In this document: positions 61,504-64,000 of the stretch, in pieces
Layout of the letters: the number at the start of each line of letters is the position of its first letter
Numbering within the stretch: position 1 is the stretch's first letter
DNA from: Lama glama
Lineage: Eukaryota
Direction: 5' to 3'
DNA length: 64,000 bases
Assembly: GCA_028534125.1 (NCBI GenBank)
Contig: CM052817.1
Span: forward strand, 90,398,001-90,462,000
Notes under the pieces: generated by a model
The model's database searches: none
The model's input: only the letters and a program-made list of their open reading frames with translations
What the model was told of the DNA's origin: nothing
Program-made: the position numbers and the translations under genes

Positions 61504-64000
61504 AGAAAATTCTTATTCATCGTCAGTATCTTTTAAAATTCAGTACTAATTATAGAACTAGAATCATGTTTGTTCTTAAAGCATTATCTTGATTTCTTGG
61601 CATTCTCAAAATTTATATATATATTTTTTCCCTCAAAATACTTTATTTGTAATACAGTTTGGTCTGTTTCATCCTAGACATCCAAGAAAAAATAAAGATG
61701 AAGGAAATTTCTAAGTAAGAATGGCAGAGCAAGTCAAAATTATAGTATTTTATGTAATAGCTGTTCTTTCTGAGTCTTGCTCAGGAAGACCAATAAAATA
61801 CTGGAGCAAAAAAATGACCAATGTGTATAAAATTTTAATCTCATTGTCATAAAGTTACTGTAAAAAAATCACATGAGAATCAACGATTTTTAGTTTTGAA
61901 TCTTCTATACAGTAGGTATTGACTGCCTTTCTAGTAAGTTCAAAATAGAAACATCAAGGTATCTAAATATCCATGACAAAGAATTAACTCTTTTCTAGTC
62001 TATTTGAGTCAATCATTGAGCAATTGATTAGACTAGTTCACAGTTAATTGTGTTCACTCCACTGTTAGGACAGCTGGAAAAGAAAATCAATCTCTTGAGT
62101 TAAGGCTCTATCCTTTCAAGACTACCCACCCACGGGAAAAGGAGAAGTTGGCCAACTTCTCCATCAGGCCACATAATGGTCTTTTCCTTTCTCTCTCTGG
62201 AAGGTGCTTGGAGTTAACATAAGTAAGCTACTCTTCTTACAGTCTGTGATACTGCCTGCCGAACAAGTTATACTTAGCCCTCTCCCTTGGTTTATTAGAC
62301 AAATATGAACTGAGGGACAGGCCTGTATTTTGCCCTTTGCACTTCTTCAAATAAATTCAGTAGTTTCCCCAAAATATTTTAGTTAGAAATTGCATCAGTA
62401 TAAATCATCTTGGAAAAGAAAGCTCAATATACATGAGAAATAGAATGAAACTACTGCACACAATACTGTAACGGAAACATAATTGCTGTTATGGAAAAAT
62501 CTTGTTCATTTTTCTCCCTCATATCCCCCAATGCCTGGGGCACATTATGTGCTCAATAATAATGTTTGGAATAAAATAATCAGTACTGCTTGGCTAGAGG
62601 AACCCCTGAGGAGCCTTTAGGTGTCCATCATTTGAAAACAGTTAGTATGAAGCATCAGTGTGTCCAAATATACTTGACATGTGTGGCTGACTGGATAGAG
62701 TTTGAACTGATCCTGGGAGAATACTGCATTTCTTCAGCCAGTGTTTCTGGAAAGAAGTGAGGAGTATGAGGAGTCAGGGGGAATTTTAATTCACTGAGTT
62801 TCAAGACATTTGCTTCCTGGAAAGAGACGTGTGCTTTCTGAAAGAAGCACTGGGGCTCAAGAACTCCCACAGATCTTTTCTCTTTGAGGATAGATGGTCA
62901 GATGGGAATATCCAAGGATTAACCTGTCAATCTTAAGGCAGTGACACAGGGACTGTTAATTTATGTGCTTGGACACTTCAGAAGTCTAGAACTGTGCTAT
63001 CAACTTTGGCCAAATGACACTTTAAAGTGAAAAGGAAAGAGGTGGTCATTGCGATGGAATGGTAGTGGTGGAAAAAAATGAGAAAATACTTTTCAGTTTG
63101 GGAGAAATCTATTGGTTTGTTTTGCTTTTAGTGAATTTTATTTTCCCATTTGTTTCCAACACAAAAGCAAGGGTATCATCATAGGAGTAATACTTACCCA
63201 GACAGTCAAAAATTTAACTCAGTATCAATACTCACAATATCAACCAAGTTTTGCTCTACTAAAAATAGATCACAAAGTAAAAATATTAAGTTAAAATTAA
63301 CATTGCAATAGACTCTCGAAGAATTAATATTTGCTTCCTTCTGCTTAGACAATTTTCTATTGAAGTAAAAATAAAATTACAGTTTTAATCCTTTTCGCTG
63401 TTGGGCAGCCTTTATGTATTTATCATGCCTTCCTTGACAACCATAACAAGTATGTTGAGAACGCCATCCTTTGCAGTAATCATAGGTTGTTTCCAGACAC
63501 AGTCACCCAGCAACATCTGTACTTCAGCAGTTGGCTAATGTGTGCTTGTAACAGAGACTGGAAATGTCAAATATATATATATATAAAATAGCAACTTATG
63601 TCTATATTCCTCAAAAAGATCTTCAGCGCCTACTTGAGCCAAATAAGGACTAAAGGTTCTTCATTATTTGCCGGGTTAGCACCACGTTACAGACACATCT
63701 CCCTGCGGGGCCTAAGGGTAGGACCATCAGGTTCCATAATGAGCAGCTGGTTGAATTCTGATAAGTGAATCATCATTAAATTTTAAAAATATATGTATTT
63801 GTTCCATGCACAGCATGAGCCCAGTAAGCAATTATAATCCATAAATTTTGTTATATCAATCATCTATTGCAAATCTACAGGACAAATCTAAATTACATGT
63901 GGCTTAACAACAAAAAGAAAATCCTGAAAATTAATAGTCTTATTGTTTCACCTGGTGTTTGCTTTTTTGTGTGAAGTGGTTTTTTTTTAACTTGTAGTTA

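Noticed and set aside
62655..62870. 71-aa minus-strand ORF with internal acceptor-like sites
   Set aside because: No recognisable protein, no ATG start context and no supporting upstream exon.
1..64000. The 60-139 aa ORFs of the ORF track as genes
   Set aside because: They are short, mostly start at alternative codons, and either lie in recognisable L1/ERVL/MaLR debris or resemble no protein I know. No consistent exon chain emerges.

Overview
This is AT-rich, CpG-depleted placental-mammal DNA, intergenic or deep-intronic. Two tRNA-Ala-derived Vic-1-type SINEs and cetartiodactyl-type L1 3'UTRs point to a camelid; I saw no BovB/Bov-A, PRE-1 or Alu. I recognise no host protein-coding exon, RNA gene or CpG island. 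ORFs in the track are either chance or decayed L1 ORF2 / ERVL pol. Roughly half the window is transposon debris: a two-LTR ERVL provirus (LTR16-like) with nested MaLR LTRs, many L1 pieces of different ages, MIRs, MER20, MER53, Tigger1 and solo LTRs. I found no new gene system. The most interesting signals are a record of DNA repair and retrotransposition. (i) Three local templated copies (about 81%, 89% and 100% identical to donors 0.5-2 kb away). (ii) Several captured non-repeat segments inside TEs, including a probable L1 3' transduction whose TSD is validated by rebuilding an RT motif. (iii) Two different ancient RTE-clade LINE fossils readable only by translation. (iv) An internal L1 RT fragment with a TSD and a solo poly(A) insertion. 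Repeat subfamily names come from my recall of consensus sequences and need RepeatMasker/Dfam confirmation. Identities are manual counts.
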